Origin: Octopus vulgaris | Taxonomy: Eukaryota | Reading direction: 5' to 3' | Assembly: GCA_951406725.2 (NCBI GenBank) | Contig: OX597832.1 | Coordinates: 11,594,001 to 11,658,000, forward strand | Length of the DNA: 64,000 nucleotides | Shown: positions 40,113 to 54,089 of the stretch, piece by piece | How the letters are laid out: each line of letters starts with the position of its first letter | How positions within the stretch are numbered: position 1 is the stretch's first letter | The notes under the pieces: model-generated | Database searches by the model: none | Told to the model about the DNA's origin: nothing | Seen by the model: only the letters and a program-made list of their open reading frames with translations | Made by a program: the position numbers and the translations under genes

Positions 40113-40981
40113 ATCGTCTTAATATATGTTATAATATCTGGCGTTCTTTAGTGTAAGCTTGTTATCTTGTGTAACGTTATCTCTATATAAAAATCTGGTA
40201 AGCTTTCGTTTTCATTTGCATATGGAGTGATGATTCGCTTTCTTAGTCTCCCTAAATTTTAGTAGGAGATTCAAAAGACAGGCTATCAACATTATGGTCT
40301 GGCCTCTTTAAGTAAATCTCCGCGCTCTCATTTGAATGTGAATATGTTTAGCAAAACATATCAAAAAGTACAACAAAAATATTTCTCTGTTTGAGTGAGT
40401 ATTGAATATTTTGCGCGATAGTTTGTTGTCGCTACGATCAAATTATCTGTTTCAACGGAATTTTTATCATCATTAACTCAGCTGGGAACGACGTGCTTCG
40501 ACATGGGAGAAGGTATATATATCAAAGTTTTTCTTGACTCTTGGCAAAAATATAAATGCCGCTTGCAAATCTCACGAGTGAGGGGTATTGTATACTTAAC
40601 TGATGCCTGACAAGGTTATGCGAAATAATTTAGAGCTATCGAACGTCCTTTTTGCCATTGAGTTTATGTCTAGCATTCCCTTGTTGGGTCTTAGACGTCT
40701 TGGTATAACTGATTCTGCGCCAAATGTTTGGCTGGTTCGAGGCTGACATATTTGAAATCAGACGTTTAATTAGTCTCTGTTTTTCCTATTAACACCCTCG
40801 CTTTTCTATGTCAGCATTTAATAATATTTGTATGTATGTATGTGTAATGACTTTCCCTTACGCTCATCCCCCAGTTTCTCTTATCCTTTATCTATGTTTA
40901 CATTTCTACGTAAATGTAATTTGTACGTGTATGTTTATGTGTGAAGATAGATAAATAGAAGCAATATATGTATGTATGTAT

Positions 40982-41422
40982 ATATTATATGCATGCAACA
41001 TGCTCATATATACATGCATATATATTCAATCATTCATTGACAGGTAGGGTAAAGAAAATCTCATTAGCCTTAACATAATCCTACTATAAATGTACACCGT
41101 GAGTTCAATTCCCGGCGACGCGTTGTGTCTGAGCAACACATTTTATTTCATGTTACCAGGTAGATAGATAGATATATTATATGCATACAAACATGCACAT
41201 ATATACATGCATATATATTCAATCATTCATAGACAGGTAGGGTAAAGAAAATCTCATTAGCCTTAACATAATCCTACTATAAATGTACATCGAGTTTTCC
41301 CTCTCTATTCTTTCCTCAAGGCGCCCGTCTTACAAGTTAGGGTATTCGGTTCACGGTCGGAAGATCGCGAGTTCAATTACCGGCGACGCGTTATGTCTTT
41401 GAGCAACACACTTGATTTCATG
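40982..41422. repeat. Local direct duplication; first copy has an internal deletion
   Basis: 40982-41152 and 41174-41422 share gacaggtagggtaaagaaaatctcattagccttaacataatcctactataaatgtaca and gagttcaatt.ccggcgacgcgtt. Confidence 0.9.
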
Positions 41423-41630
41423 TCGCTTCAGTCCATTCGGCTGGCAAAAATGAGTAGTACCTGTATTACAAAGGGCCTGCCTTGTCACACTCTGTATCAT
41501 GCTGAATCTCCCTGAGGTCTGCTATAAGGATGCACATATCTATGGAGTACTCAGTCACGTACACGTTAATTTCACGAGCAGGTTCTTCCGTTGATGGGAG
41601 CAATTTGAACCCTCATCGTCATAACCAATA
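41330..41630 (+). mobile_element. SINE family D
   Basis: gttagggtattcggttcacggtcggaagatcgcgagttcaatt...gtctttgagcaacacacttgatttcatgtcgcttcagtccattcggctggcaaaaatgagtag; the tail is shared with 50440-50560. Confidence 0.78.
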
Positions 41631-42014
41631 GAGTGCCGTTTATATTCTTTCCTCATATACCACAACTCGTATCGTTTCTCAGGAGACTTGTCTCCCCATT
41701 TTATTCCATGGCCACACCTCACAAAACTAGTCTTCAAGTAGAATGGACAGGTCAAGTACCTTAAGTCTACTACAATGCCTCTCATATTGCCAAACATACG
41801 AATTACCTCTGGCTTTCCATTTACAGAATAGCCGACAACAGCTGAGGAGGATAAGTTATATTATACTATCTTTAATATTGTCACATGTTTGATCATGCTT
41901 GCATGCATGCGTGTGTGTGTGTGTGTCTTTGCGCGCGCGCATGTGTAGACTGCTACTTGCTGCAAAATAGGAAAATATAGTTTTCAACTTTATGCAAACA
42001 CGGTTTTGTTTTAA

Positions 42015-42450
42015 ATTTCGATACACGGCCAGCAATTTTAGCGGTGACTATAAATCAATAACATTGACTCCGCGGCGAGCTGGCAGAATCGTTAGCACGC
42101 CGGGCGAAATGCTTAGCAGTATTTCGTTTACCGTTACGTTCTGAGTTCAAATTCTGCCGAGGTCGAATTTTCCTTTCATCCATTCAGGGTCGATTAAATA
42201 AGTACCAGTTACGCACTGGGGTCGATATAATCGACTTAATCCATTTGTCTGTCTTTGTTTGTCCACTCTATGTTTAGTCCCTTGTGGGTAATAAAGAAAC
42301 AGGATTCAACTGATCCTTTATAATCGACCCTGAAAGGGATGAAAAACAAACTCGATCTCGGTGGCAATGGAGCCCGAAAGGTACAGACGGATGAAATGCG
42401 GTTCAGCATTTTGCCCGGCCTGTTAACTATTTTGCTAGCTCGCCGCCTAT
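42015..42450. mobile_element. Young plus-strand SINE B (42073-42303) nested in an older minus-strand SINE B
   Basis: Segments 42015-42072 and 42304-42450 join into one minus-strand copy around a well-conserved plus-strand copy. Confidence 0.8.
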
Positions 42451-44019
42451 CTATTCAAACAACAATATTAACATGTGGATGTATGTCTATGCAAATATGT
42501 ATGTACGAATGTACATAATATACTATGGTTATATGTATTTGTAATTCTCTATCAGTTCATTTAAATATTTCACATTAAAAAAGAAATTCTCAATTTAGTC
42601 AATATTCATCCTACGCAATAAGCTTCTGATATCCTGAACATCGATACAATGTCGAAACATAAAGAAGTGATATTTAATAATCTATCTCAGCTGAATAACT
42701 TAAATATGACTTCGATTTCAAATGAAGACTAACGATTGCTGCGTAAGGCGACGCAGCTGCTGTCTCTTATATAGTTTCTTTTTTTTTTGTTTGCGAAGTT
42801 GTCAAATCTACACTGGAAAAGGATGTGTACCGGGGGACATATTTTACAAATGTTAAGAAAACAATTATCTTGAAGATGAAGAAATTTGTCTGCCTACTTC
42901 TATTTTTGCTTCTGAATATACATATGTACACACACACACACACACAAACACATATATATTTATGTATGCATCTATACATGTATATATGTGTGTATGTATG
43001 TATATACATATATATCGTTTTCGTAGCTTTTATTGACGTTGGGAAATAATATGTGAAATCTTCATAGCAATAATATTGCTATTCTTTTGGATAACGTCAT
43101 TTATTAAATTCAAATATCTTTACGTAAACCATAAATACAAAAGAAGCGTTTTATATGCTTATATTTCTAATACATTTCAATTTACTCTTGGGGTACGAAA
43201 ACTGCATAGTTTTCATTTCCTCTCTTTCTTAATAACACTTAATATTCATGAATTCTGGGTTTTCCGAATAATAATATGAATTTCTTCGTCTCATTTACAT
43301 AATGTAACATACGAAATAAAGCGAAGAAATGTATAAATTTTAGCTCTGACATGGGCTTCGGTATCATTATCGAATGTATTAGAATGGTTATAATCATTTG
43401 CAATGTGGCAAAGAAAAGGAAAGTATCAGAGGAATGACATAAAAGTTTTTAATTGGAATATATATAACTAGAAATATGAGTAAAAAAAATGCATCTTGTG
43501 TTTTTCCATCACTGCCAGGAAATATGAGGAATTGAAATACGCAGGAATGGAAACCTCTTCGCAGACACAACTGAAAATATTTGCGAAAATATTTCGAGAA
43601 GTGATTATTATTGCATTAGTTTCAGATGTCTTAGCAGCAGCAATCTCTCAAACAGCATAAAAGCTGTGCCCTGACAACTCATAAAGAGATTCAGTAGTAG
43701 TAGTGGTGGTGGTTTAGGTAGTGTTAGTGGCGGTGGCGGCTGTGTTATTATTATTATTAGTAGTAGTAGTATTCAAACCTGGTACTTACTCTATCAGACA
43801 TTTGTACAAAACTGCTAAGTTACTATGACGTTATGAAACCAACATAAGTTACAGGTACTAACACTTGCAGGTACAAACGTGAAAACTCAAATGCACATAC
43901 ACACACATGTATGTATGAATGTATATATGTATGTATGTATGTATGTTTATATGTATTTATGTATGTATATATACATGTGTATATGCAAACAAAGTTCTTT
44001 GTGAGCCCAAACAATCAAT

Positions 44020-44350
44020 TCCTTGCGCTGACCTTCCCGCCGAATTCTTCAGTCTCTGGACAACGGCCTTCGAGTATCTCTTCCCAAATCATGTCTTCCT
44101 TCTGAATATTTACATGCAAATACATGAATTGATCGTTAGCAGTCTCAAAAGCTTACAAGTGACATGGTTTCTGCTCTTTCTATCGGCAGTTGATGCTTTT
44201 GCTCATTTTATACATCGTCTTACTATCGTAGCTCCAAAATAATTCACAACACTGTGTAACAGAATTTTAATCCTCTTTTTATCTTTGGTCAGTAAGTGTT
44301 ACTTCCTATTTGCTTTTGTATCGAATTCAAAGGAAATGACTGGCTTTGCT
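44020..44350 (-). mobile_element. Decayed RTE-clade LINE fragment
   Basis: Remnant EDMIWEEILEGRCP...RREGQRK resembles LEK.ILEGK..G.RRRGRQR. Confidence 0.35.
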
Positions 44351-44431
44351 TTTCTTTGAAACTGACTTATTTTCCATTTTATTTCAGACAGATTCAGCGC
44401 TTACTTACTGAAGTAGAAATACTGAGATAGC

Positions 44432-44592
44432 AAATATTCTGTTGAATATCTTAGATTTGCTTGTCAGTAGCTTGACTTTAACTACGTAAGCGTGTATCTT
44501 ACTGACTGACAATATGTGCAACTCTGATCATGAGCAGGAGTAGTGACGAAGCATTATAGTCTTGTGTTGAGAGAGATTATTTGGGGTTTGAA
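44432..44592 (+). mobile_element. Family F fragment
   Basis: gcaaatattctgttgaatatcttagatttgcttgtcagt...tatgtgcaactctgatcatgagcagga...ggggtttgaataa matches 21750-21917. Confidence 0.75.
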
Positions 44593-44639
44593 TAAAGCCC
44601 CAAAGAAAATTTACCCATTTTTCGTACATTCTAAGGGTA

Positions 44640-44852
44640 ACTCTTTTTCTTTTACTACTTGCAGTAATTTGAATGCGGCCATGCTGGAGCACCGCCTTTA
44701 GTCGAGGAAATCGACCCCAAGGCTTATTCTTTGTAAGCCTAGTACTTATTCTGTCGGTTTCTTTTGCCGATCCGCTAAGTTACGGGGACGGAAACACACC
44801 AGCATCGGTTGTCAAGTGGTGTTGGGGGGATAAACACAACACACAAACATAT

Positions 44853-44903
<51 letters not shown>

Positions 44904-45062
44904 TATGACGGGCTTCTTTCAGCTTCCGTCTACCAAATCCATTCATAGGGCTTCAGTCGGACCAAGTCTATAGTAGAATACACTTTCCCAAGTTTCCACG
45001 CAGTGGGACTGAACAATGTGGTTGGTAAGCAAGTTACTTACCACACAGCTACTCCTACGCCT
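44640..45062 (-). mobile_element. SINE family A, full length
   Basis: End-to-end match to other family A copies, with an expanded internal (TA)n. Confidence 0.9.
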
Positions 45063-45392
45063 ACGCTAAAATTAAGCAAATGAGAAATAACAGTTACTAC
45101 CCAAGTGCATACATCGTATTACGCAGTGTAAGTCGTGTGATTATTTGTTGAGCACACTACTAAAAAATTGTATTATGACTGCTTATCACACACCCTGTGG
45201 AATACACACGATCTCGTTACCATATTCGGTCAAGATAAACAGACGCATGATCGTCGCTCTTCATTTCGCAATGCAGACAAACAAGAGCACCCAACCAAAT
45301 CCTAAGAGACATGACACTAATTTTCACAAAATATCTATATAAAATTAGAAGATAAATACAAACACGAGGACACACACACTCACACATACACA

Positions 45393-45447
<55 letters not shown>

Positions 45448-47351
45448 TTGATGTCATATTCACTATCAGACGTGACAGTCATTTGGCAGTCATTTAATAA
45501 TATTTCATTTGACCTTAGAAATTATATAACAAGAATATCCATTCACCCGCTAAAAGTCAACTTGTTTAGCGTTTCAAAATGTTAAGTAAAGCAAAAAACA
45601 ATTTTTTTTTCTTTTTGTTTGTATGGAGAAAAAAGATAAGGAAAATGAACGTATATGAAATATTATGGTGAAGGAAATTATTAAATATAGATTTACATAC
45701 TACAAACAAAAATATATTGATATATTCTGCGTCTGTGCAATTTTGATTTCCGTATAATCTGAGGAGTATTCAAAACAAACTATAAGGTTGAAGGTTGGAA
45801 TATCTATTAAAGCTAAACAAGTATATATTTCATGTAGCTTCCAGAAAAATCCATGTATTAATTATATATATATATATATACATAAATTTATATATATATA
45901 TATGTGTTTGCGTGTGTGTGTGCGTGTGTGTATGCATGTATGTATATATGTATGTATACATATATATATGTGTGTGTGTATGCATGTATGTATGTATAAA
46001 TTATAAATGTATATTATATGTATGATACATACAATGTATTATGTCATAAATATCACTTTTTATACATACATATATACATGCATATAAACTTGCAAGAAAT
46101 TCTGATTGAACTATACATGATATGTGTGTGTGTGTGAAAGAGAGAGAGAGAGAGAGAGAGTGAAGAAGAAAGAAAAATAAAAAAGAGAGAGGAGGAGAGA
46201 AGAGTGTGTGTATGTATTTATGTGTGTGTTTAGGGAGAAATCTGGTTTTTAATTGCCTGTGATTTGACAATTTTGATGTGATGCCGCTCCTTATCAGAAT
46301 GAACTTGTCCATAAAATTTTGAGTATCTTAATGTTTATAATGACCAAATTCACATGCCTCGATTTGACCTATACATACTTTAAGAGATGATACACTTAAT
46401 ACGGCTTGGCTTATGTAAAAGTTATGAAGAAATAAAATAAAAGAAAGGTGTAATTGTTTGGAGCAATCAAAGAAACGTGTTGATTGCTGCAAGAATTTAG
46501 CAATTGGTTTTATGAAACTTATATGCATTGGTGATATATGGAACAGACAGATTAATGTGGATGATTAAAGGGACAACGGAAGAACGAGACGTATGTGCAG
46601 GTGTCATGTTTATTGCTGTCATATATCATCTTATACTTCAGTATCTGTAAATCAATTTTGTGGAATTATTTCTTAATTTGTTGAAATGATCGCTCTTTTA
46701 CATTTAGCATTGCTAACGTTACACACTGAGTTTTTTCTTTTTTTTTTCTGAAGCGGTAAAATTTCAATTAATTGAGATTATCTCGCGTACGCCTTTTAAT
46801 GCATCCACCTTAGCTAATTTCTTTAATATACTATTAACCCTTCTAGTTTTCTCGCCATCGCTAATTATTTAGTTATTTCCCTTAGTTCCATTAGGTAGTT
46901 CCAAAGTAATTCGCTCAGCACACGTATTCACACACATACACATACTCAATCTATGAACAATCGTGCCGTGGGATATAGTTTTCCAACTTGAAAATCATGA
47001 TTTCTTGCACTTCTAACGATGAAAACGAAAAGAACGTGTGTGAAACACAGTGCACGTCTGTACATATCAGTGAAGTACCGTCTCACTAATTCTGAAAACT
47101 TTTGACAATATCTATCGGCAAAAATGCATGCATACTCCGATGCCCACACTCATAATCTTACATATACAAACACACATACTCACACACTTACAGACGTATT
47201 CGGCATGCATACACTTACAGACGTATTCGGCACACACACACACGCACCTTCCACATATGTATACATACAAATGAAAACCAAATTTTAGTCACAAAATATT
47301 GATGGAGCTGAAGCTACAGTTCCACATGCTGATATAGGATTCGCTGTGGAA

Positions 47352-47580
47352 AGGCGGTGATCTGGCAGAACCCTTACCATGCCGGGCGTAATGCGTAGCC
47401 GTATTTCATCTGCCGTTACGTTCTGAGTACAAATTCCGCCGGGGTCGACTTTGCCTTTCATCCTTTCGGGGTCGATAAGTTAAGTACCAGTTACGCATTG
47501 AGGTCGATATAATAGACTTAATCCGTTTGTCTGTCCTTGTTTGTCCCCTCTATGTTTAGCCCCTTGTAGGTAATAAAAAA
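47352..47580 (+). mobile_element. SINE family B
   Basis: ggcggtgatctggcagaa...gtcgactttgcctttcatcctttcggggtcgataagttaagtaccag...tgtttagccccttgtagg. Confidence 0.88.
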
Positions 47581-48859
47581 ACAGATATAGGAATTCAACA
47601 CGGTGCCCACTACGCCAAAGTAGTAACAGAATGGTCGTTTTAAATAAGCATCTGTGTTTCCATTTATGAGTGATATAAAGTATGTCGTAATATTGTGTGG
47701 AAATTCTCCATCTCATTTAAAAACACAGTATTATATTATTTTGTCCATATTTGAATATTCCGAGTGAATCTTTCCGAAAACCAATTATTGATATGATCTA
47801 GTTCATGGAAAGCTATTTGATATGTATTTCTTTGTATGTATAGCTGTGGTAAACAACAGTATTGTTGGTCGCAGGCTTCCAACAATGGAAATCCTGGTAG
47901 TAGTGTATTTCTGGTGATGATAATGGCAATAGCTTTGTATAACATGAAGAGTTGATCTAATACAACAGAAAATATTGTTTAAAAGTAGAAATATATTGTG
48001 CTTTCGCTGTTTATATTCTGTATTTATCGATAAAAGATACATAGGCACATACACACGCAAATGAACATTCAAGTCCACACACGTATTTGATACAAAATTT
48101 CTTTTTTCGCCACATGAGTTTCATATCATCGCAATCATCAGGCAAGCATTTCTATTCTTGATTCTTTACAGTTATATCTCGTGATACGGATTGTTCTGTT
48201 GTTTATAACTGTGTCCCTTATTCGTATCTGATGGTTCTTTTTATCATATTGTTTTCATTATCTTGTTTTGCGTGGCTTCCATTTCATTGGTTAGTCACTT
48301 TCTGCTTTTATTCCTTCCATTATATTTTTACTTTTAAGGTTGTAATAAGGGTTTCCGTCATTCGTTACTTTCTTTTTTTTCTCGTATTTTTTCTGCTTTA
48401 TAAATATTTTTACTCTGTTAGTTTATGTAAACTTATTTCTCAAAAGTCTTTTTTTAAAAACTTTTTTCTTCTTTTAACATTCATTTATCTTGCATCGTTT
48501 GAGTTCATCACTAGAAGGAAAATAAAGTTTTATGTTCGCTTCATTGGAGACGTTTACTCTTCATCTAATTCCTTATGTTCTAGCTGTATATTATCTTTCT
48601 AAGTTGTTTATTGGATAAGCTTATTATACTTTGTTTCGTTGTTCTTCCAACCTGTTTTTGGCTAAGTTGGAAGCTTGTTTATTCTGGTTCTTAAGTTTGA
48701 TTCGGTGGTTAAGAATGTAATTGTTTATATTCAAGTATTTATATTTATGTGACTGCAAGTGGGTACGATTTGTATGTAAGTTTTGAATAGGTTCCAGTTC
48801 GAGTTCTCTGTTTTTGCAGTCACATCCTATGTATAGATGGATGGGTGCGATGAATGTAA

Positions 48860-49280
48860 TTTGAACTCGCTTTGAACTCGCAATGTGGTCACTGATGACC
48901 TTGGTTATACCTAGGAGAGGACTAAAGTGTCTGTGAATTACATGTTAAAATTCTAGTATTGTTCTGTTTCTTCATCTCAAATAGTTTAGATGCATCAATG
49001 CACGTTTTACGCCACTGAGATCGATTTAGGCAATAACTTTCAACAGAGGCTAAATTAAGCTTTAAGTATTTTAGCGATCGTTTCAACTTATTCTTACACT
49101 TTAGCAGGGATCTTCCTTTATCGTGGGATCCTTCCACTTGTTGGCCATACAAAAGAGTGTTCGGGATGCGATCATCTGGCATTCGAACTGAATTCTCAAC
49201 AGCATGCTTTCAATACTGAGGATAACATAAAATGCTGACGTTAACTCATCTTGCCATCTTATGTTGCAGATATTGCAAAT
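48860..49280 (-). mobile_element. RTE-clade LINE ORF2 C-terminal fragment
   Basis: ICNIRWQDELT...SIESMLLRIQ and RMPDDRIPNTLLYGQQVEGSHDKGRSLLKCKNKLKRSLK...NRSQWRK match the RTE pattern I.WQD.ITN / RM.D.RLPK.LLYGEL..G.R..GRP..RYKD.LK..L / DRS.WR. Confidence 0.85.
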
Positions 49281-49289
49281 AATAATAAT

Positions 49290-49625
49290 ATGGTATAAAA
49301 GATGAGCTACAGCAAATATTCTGTTTAATACAAAAGATATGCTTGTCAGTTGAGCATGCCTCTTGGTGGATAACAATATGTACATCTCTGATTACGAGCA
49401 GACGTAGTGGAGGGCATCATAGCTGTGGTCAGAAGATTTCTTTGGGGTCTGAATAATTAACCTCTGGAAACATGGATGTTTTGCTCAACATCCTTAATCA
49501 ACCCTTATTCAGGGACTGATGCACGTGCCTACTGTACCCTTATCAGATGGGTAGTTGTGATGGGTATATTGGGCTTCGTATATCTTACTCGTATCACTTT
49601 GATGGCATGCGCTGCCCTCTCACTC
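49290..49625 (+). mobile_element. Family F copy with internal deletions, flanked by (AAT)n on both sides
   Basis: Homologous to 21645-22182; ends ...gctgccctctcactc(aat)n. Confidence 0.8.
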
Positions 49626-49640
49626 AATAATAATAATAGC

Positions 49641-49672
<32 letters not shown>

Positions 49673-50219
49673 CAACAAGAAGAATAACTAACTGGACCTG
49701 TGAAAAATTCATGGAAAACAAAAAATGTAAGCATCTGTAAACTGTATTCGTGCCATGAGAAATGTTTGTATATTATGACCATATGTCTTTCTGTTCTGAG
49801 TTCAAATTCTGCCGAAATAGAGTTTGCCTTTCGTCCTTTCGGGGTCGACAAATTAAGTATCAATTATGTACTGCGGTCGCTCTAATCACCTGGCCCCTCC
49901 CACAAAACATTCAGGCTTAGAAAAGTATGTTGTGACAGTTACAGAATACAGAAAGCAATATTACACCAATGGCTATATAATCCAACCAAAATATCTCAGT
50001 TACACAAACGTAAACGGAAGTACTATTTAACCTTAAAATACATCGTAAAGAAACTTAATATACAAATTGAAATGCAACGGAACGAAATAATAAATGGATT
50101 TATGAATGAAAGTTTGGTAATTGCGTTTATTTCCACCACGCGATAGTATTGCAAACATGTTTTAACTAACCTTAACTTACACACACACACAAATACATTC
50201 ACATATATACATATATATA

Positions 50220-50432
50220 TATAGTTAATCCAAACATGAAAACACAAAGAGAAAATACAACAACGCGAGGACGTGGAACAAATATAGTATTATTGGACGC
50301 TCAGGAAGGAAGGAAAGAAGGAGGATTTAACGTTTCGAGCGGAGCTCTTCGTCAGAACATAGGAAAAGGAAAGATCCAAAGAAGGGAAGACGGAGGAAAA
50401 AAATCGCCAACGGTACACACGCGGTCACATTT
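50220..50432 (-). mobile_element. Hammerhead-bearing cassette, family P2, copy 2
   Basis: Reverse complement is homologous to 38520-38740 and ends in a TA tract. Confidence 0.85.
50325..50358 (-). ncRNA. Minimal type I hammerhead ribozyme motif (canonical core)
   Basis: Minus strand gtt-CTGACGA-a-gagc(tcc)gctc-GAAA-c-GTT-aaat, with the palindromic AACGUU stem III region. Stem I is weak. Confidence 0.65.
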
Positions 50433-50964
50433 ATATCGCGAGTTGTAGCTGTAATTCAAAGGTGTCAGCCTTGTCATATTCTGTGTGAGGCTGAATCTCC
50501 CTGAGAATTACGTCAATAGCATGCATGTCTGTGGAGTACTCAGCCATTTGTGAGTTGATTTTATCTTCGTGTGGTAAAGAAAATAGAAATTGATATCCAA
50601 TATTTGCTGTGTGTATGTATCTATGGATGAACTTTTCTTTGCATTTATGTATCTACTGTCTCTCACACTTTCTCTCTAAAACATTTAAAAACACAAAACG
50701 AACGGGGTCACCACTGACTGTCTTTTTCACTCTCTATTTCTCTCTCACTCTCTCTCCCTTTCTCTCTGTCTTAATTCCTCTCTGCCCTCCTCTCTCTCAC
50801 TCTGCAATTTCATTGCAATAAGTGTAACGCACACAACAGGTACGCACAAAAACAAATAGCTAGCGTATTAATATTATTGATGTTAATGATGATGATGATG
50901 ATGATAATAATAATAATATTAATAATAATAATAATAACAATAACAGTAACAATAAAAATAATTG

Positions 50965-51004
<40 letters not shown>

Positions 51005-51639
51005 CACTTTGGAATATTTCTTCATGTTCCGTAGTACAGGTATATATTGTCTTGAATATCTGGCGGGTTGTTCCTTTTTAGTATATAACTTGGCAGAGAA
51101 CTGGAATGAGAATGAAGGAAAATTGCTGAAAATTGTTGAAAATTGTTTGCATGCTTGAACAGATTTGGCAAAAGAGAACTGATTACCTCTATAGTGAACC
51201 CCCTACACCGCACTGCATCAGCCTTTTGCATTTAAGCCGCAAGATGTTGTATACCATATATCTTAATTTTAAAAACCAATGAATTATTCTTTCGTCTTTT
51301 TGTTGACCTATATTTGATTGTTTATATGCAATTGATTTTGTTTGATTCGTTGATTTTTTTTGTTTTATATTTTTCATTTTCTTACCATTTTGAAGAATTT
51401 TTGTTTTGCAATTGATTTCTGTATAATTATTTCATTCCTGTTTGTTTTGCTTCTGCAAATTTAATTTACTTTGTATTTCAAGTAGACACAACACAAAAGA
51501 ACCCCCATGACATACGTTTTTCGATAAAAATCTCAATTCTATTTTTACTATTCGTTAATAGGGTCAGAATATATAAGAACGAATTCTGCAATATTTTTTA
51601 AAAAACTCTTGAGCAGCATATAAAATTATGAATCAGCAA

Positions 51640-51882
51640 CACTGGTGGTGGTGGTAGTAGTAGTAGTGGTAGTGGTAGTAGTGGTAGTAGTGGTGGTGGT
51701 GGTAGTAGTAGTGGTGGTGGTGGTGATAGTAGTGGTGGTGATAGTGGTGGTGGTGGTGGTGATAGTAGTAGTGGAGGTGGTGGTGGTGGTGATAGTAGTA
51801 GTGGAGGTGGTGGTGGTGATAGTAGTAGTGGAGGTGGTGGTGGTGATAGTAGTAGTGGAGGTGGTGGTGGTGGTGATGATAG
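51640..51882. repeat. (GGT/AGT) trinucleotide tract with a higher-order ~27-bp unit
   Basis: ggtgatagtagtagtggaggtggtggt repeated. Confidence 0.9.
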
Positions 51883-52290
51883 TGGGGTCAATCTAATCGA
51901 CTAGCCTCCTCCCCAAAATTTTCGAACCTTGTGCGTAGAGTAGAAAAGAATATTTAGTCACAAGTTGTAAGGGGTGATAAACTTAGTACCAATTAAGCAC
52001 TGGTCTCGATGCAATCGACTTGCCCCTTCTACTGGACTTGCTGGCCTTGTGCCGAAATTTGAAACCAAAATCTATTCACACTGGTTAAGACGGGGAGCTG
52101 GCAGAATCGTTAGCACACCGGAAAAATGCTTAGCAGCATTACTGCAGTCTTAACATTCTCAGTTCAAATACCGCTGGAACCAACTTTGTTTTCCATCATT
52201 TCCGAGTCGATAAAATAAGTACCTGTTGAGGACAGAGGCCTCTATAATCGACTCGAAATCACTGGCCTTGTGCCAAAAGTTTGAAACGAA
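51883..52290 (+). mobile_element. Cluster of SINE family B tails plus one diverged full copy
   Basis: Three aatcgact tails, two followed by ctggccttgtgcc; head gggagctggcagaatcgttagcacacc at about 52092. Confidence 0.75.
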
Positions 52291-52324
52291 TATATATTCA
52301 TGTTATATATATATATATAAATAC

Positions 52325-52560
52325 AAAATAGGTGATTCAAAAATGAGACAACAAAACATCCAGATAGACAATACAAAAGAAAACAAGGACGGGTCATTCG
52401 AAGTTTTCTTTCCTCACTCAATACCAGATTATCTTCGCAATTTCGGCTGATTATACTTGAGATTGCTCCAATCTGGCCAGCCATTAGATTACTTGGTAGA
52501 AAGCAGCAAATATATACAAAAACACGGACGGAAAAAAAAAGGACAGTGTTATATAAATAC
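52325..52560 (-). mobile_element. (TA)n-associated cassette, family E, copy 2
   Basis: Homologous to 6530-6842, with an internal deletion after ggccagcc. Confidence 0.65.
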
Positions 52561-52669
52561 AATAAAAATAACTTACCCGTCATTCTGAAGCAACCTCCAT
52601 GCACCAAAATGGTGCCAAGCCTCACAAGCGTAATGTGAGTCGCGTCTTCAGAAATGCTGATGTACACGC

Positions 52670-52833
52670 TTACTCTTTTACTGGTTTCCGTCATTTGACT
52701 ACGGCCATGCTGGAGCACCGCCTTTAGCCGAGCAAATGAACCCGGTACTTATTCTATCGGTCTCTTTTGCCAAACCGCTAAGTGACGGAGACGTAAACAC
52801 ACCAGCATTGGTTGTCAAGCAATGCTAGGGGGA

Positions 52834-52891
<58 letters not shown>

Positions 52892-53067
52892 CACAACATA
52901 TATACGACAGGCTTCTTTCAGTTTCCGTCTACCAAATCCACTCACAAGGCATTGGTCGGCCCGGGGCTATAGCAGAAGACACTTGCCCAAGATGCCACGC
53001 AATGGGACTGAACCCGGAACCATGTGGTTGGTTAGCAAGCTACTTACCACACAACCACTCCTGCGCT
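52670..53067 (-). mobile_element. SINE family A, near full length
   Basis: Match to other family A copies, with internal (CA)n(TA)n. Confidence 0.9.
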
Positions 53068-54089
53068 TGTTTATGATCTGCAAATAATATTTGTACGTAA
53101 TGCTTCTATATGGAAAATGATATAACTTTTATTTCTGAATGGTAAAGCATATCCTTTTATACGTTATATTTCCGAATCTCCAAATATTTATTTCATACAT
53201 GGTAGTTTGAAACATTTGACAAAATCTAATATATTTGCTTGAGAATCCTTAATACTTTCAGCAAAACATTTTCTATTTTATTTGCATGTTTCTAAATCGC
53301 TATTAGAATAAAATTGCTAACAGCGTTTTCAATAATATAGAAAGGTCATTTTTGGTTATACAAGCAATTCTAAATTTCAATATTTTTTTGGTAAATATTG
53401 AAAAGAAAAGAGCGAAAGGAATTCAGTAATCTGCGTGCAGAAAAATACAAGCACATCTACATATACACATACATACACACAAACATTTGCATAGAGATGA
53501 AATTACGCCCATACATACAAACACACAAGACATACACCGAAATACACAAACAGACATAAATATAGACAAGCACTCATACATATTCATACGCATAAATAAA
53601 TGTATAAATCATGAAGTGAGGCACAAAATACATACAAGAAGTCACATACACATAATATCCACATTTCTCTCGCCTATACGTGTGCGTGTGTTTGAGTAGT
53701 AATTCATATAGTCTTTATATATATATATATATATACATCTATACATATGTGTGTCTGTGGGTATCTGTGTGTGTGTAGATTACAAGAAGAACTTGATTAT
53801 CCGTGATGAGTATATGCTGGCTCCCAGCGAAGTGACTGGCGATCTTATAAAGCAAAAACACCTTCGCTTGCAGGTTATACGTGGTCTTTTGACATCCTAG
53901 CGATATCAGCTAAATCTCTTTATAATCTGATCCGACCTTCTAAAAAATGGAAAGAGATATTTCATAATGGATCGGTAGATATATCACATCTGAAAACAAA
54001 CATAAAAATGAGATAATCTTATTTCAAATACCGATGAGCCTAGCTGTATACGTTATCAAATTTCATCTAGAGGCTAAGTAACAACAAAG

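Noticed and set aside
47185-47233. 22-bp direct repeat acacttacagacgtattcggca x2
   Set aside because: Simple local slippage duplication with two units and no spacer pattern; not CRISPR-like.
48889-48922. CTGATGA followed by hairpin ccttggttatacctagg
   Set aside because: No GAAA follows the hairpin, and it lies antisense within the RTE fragment.
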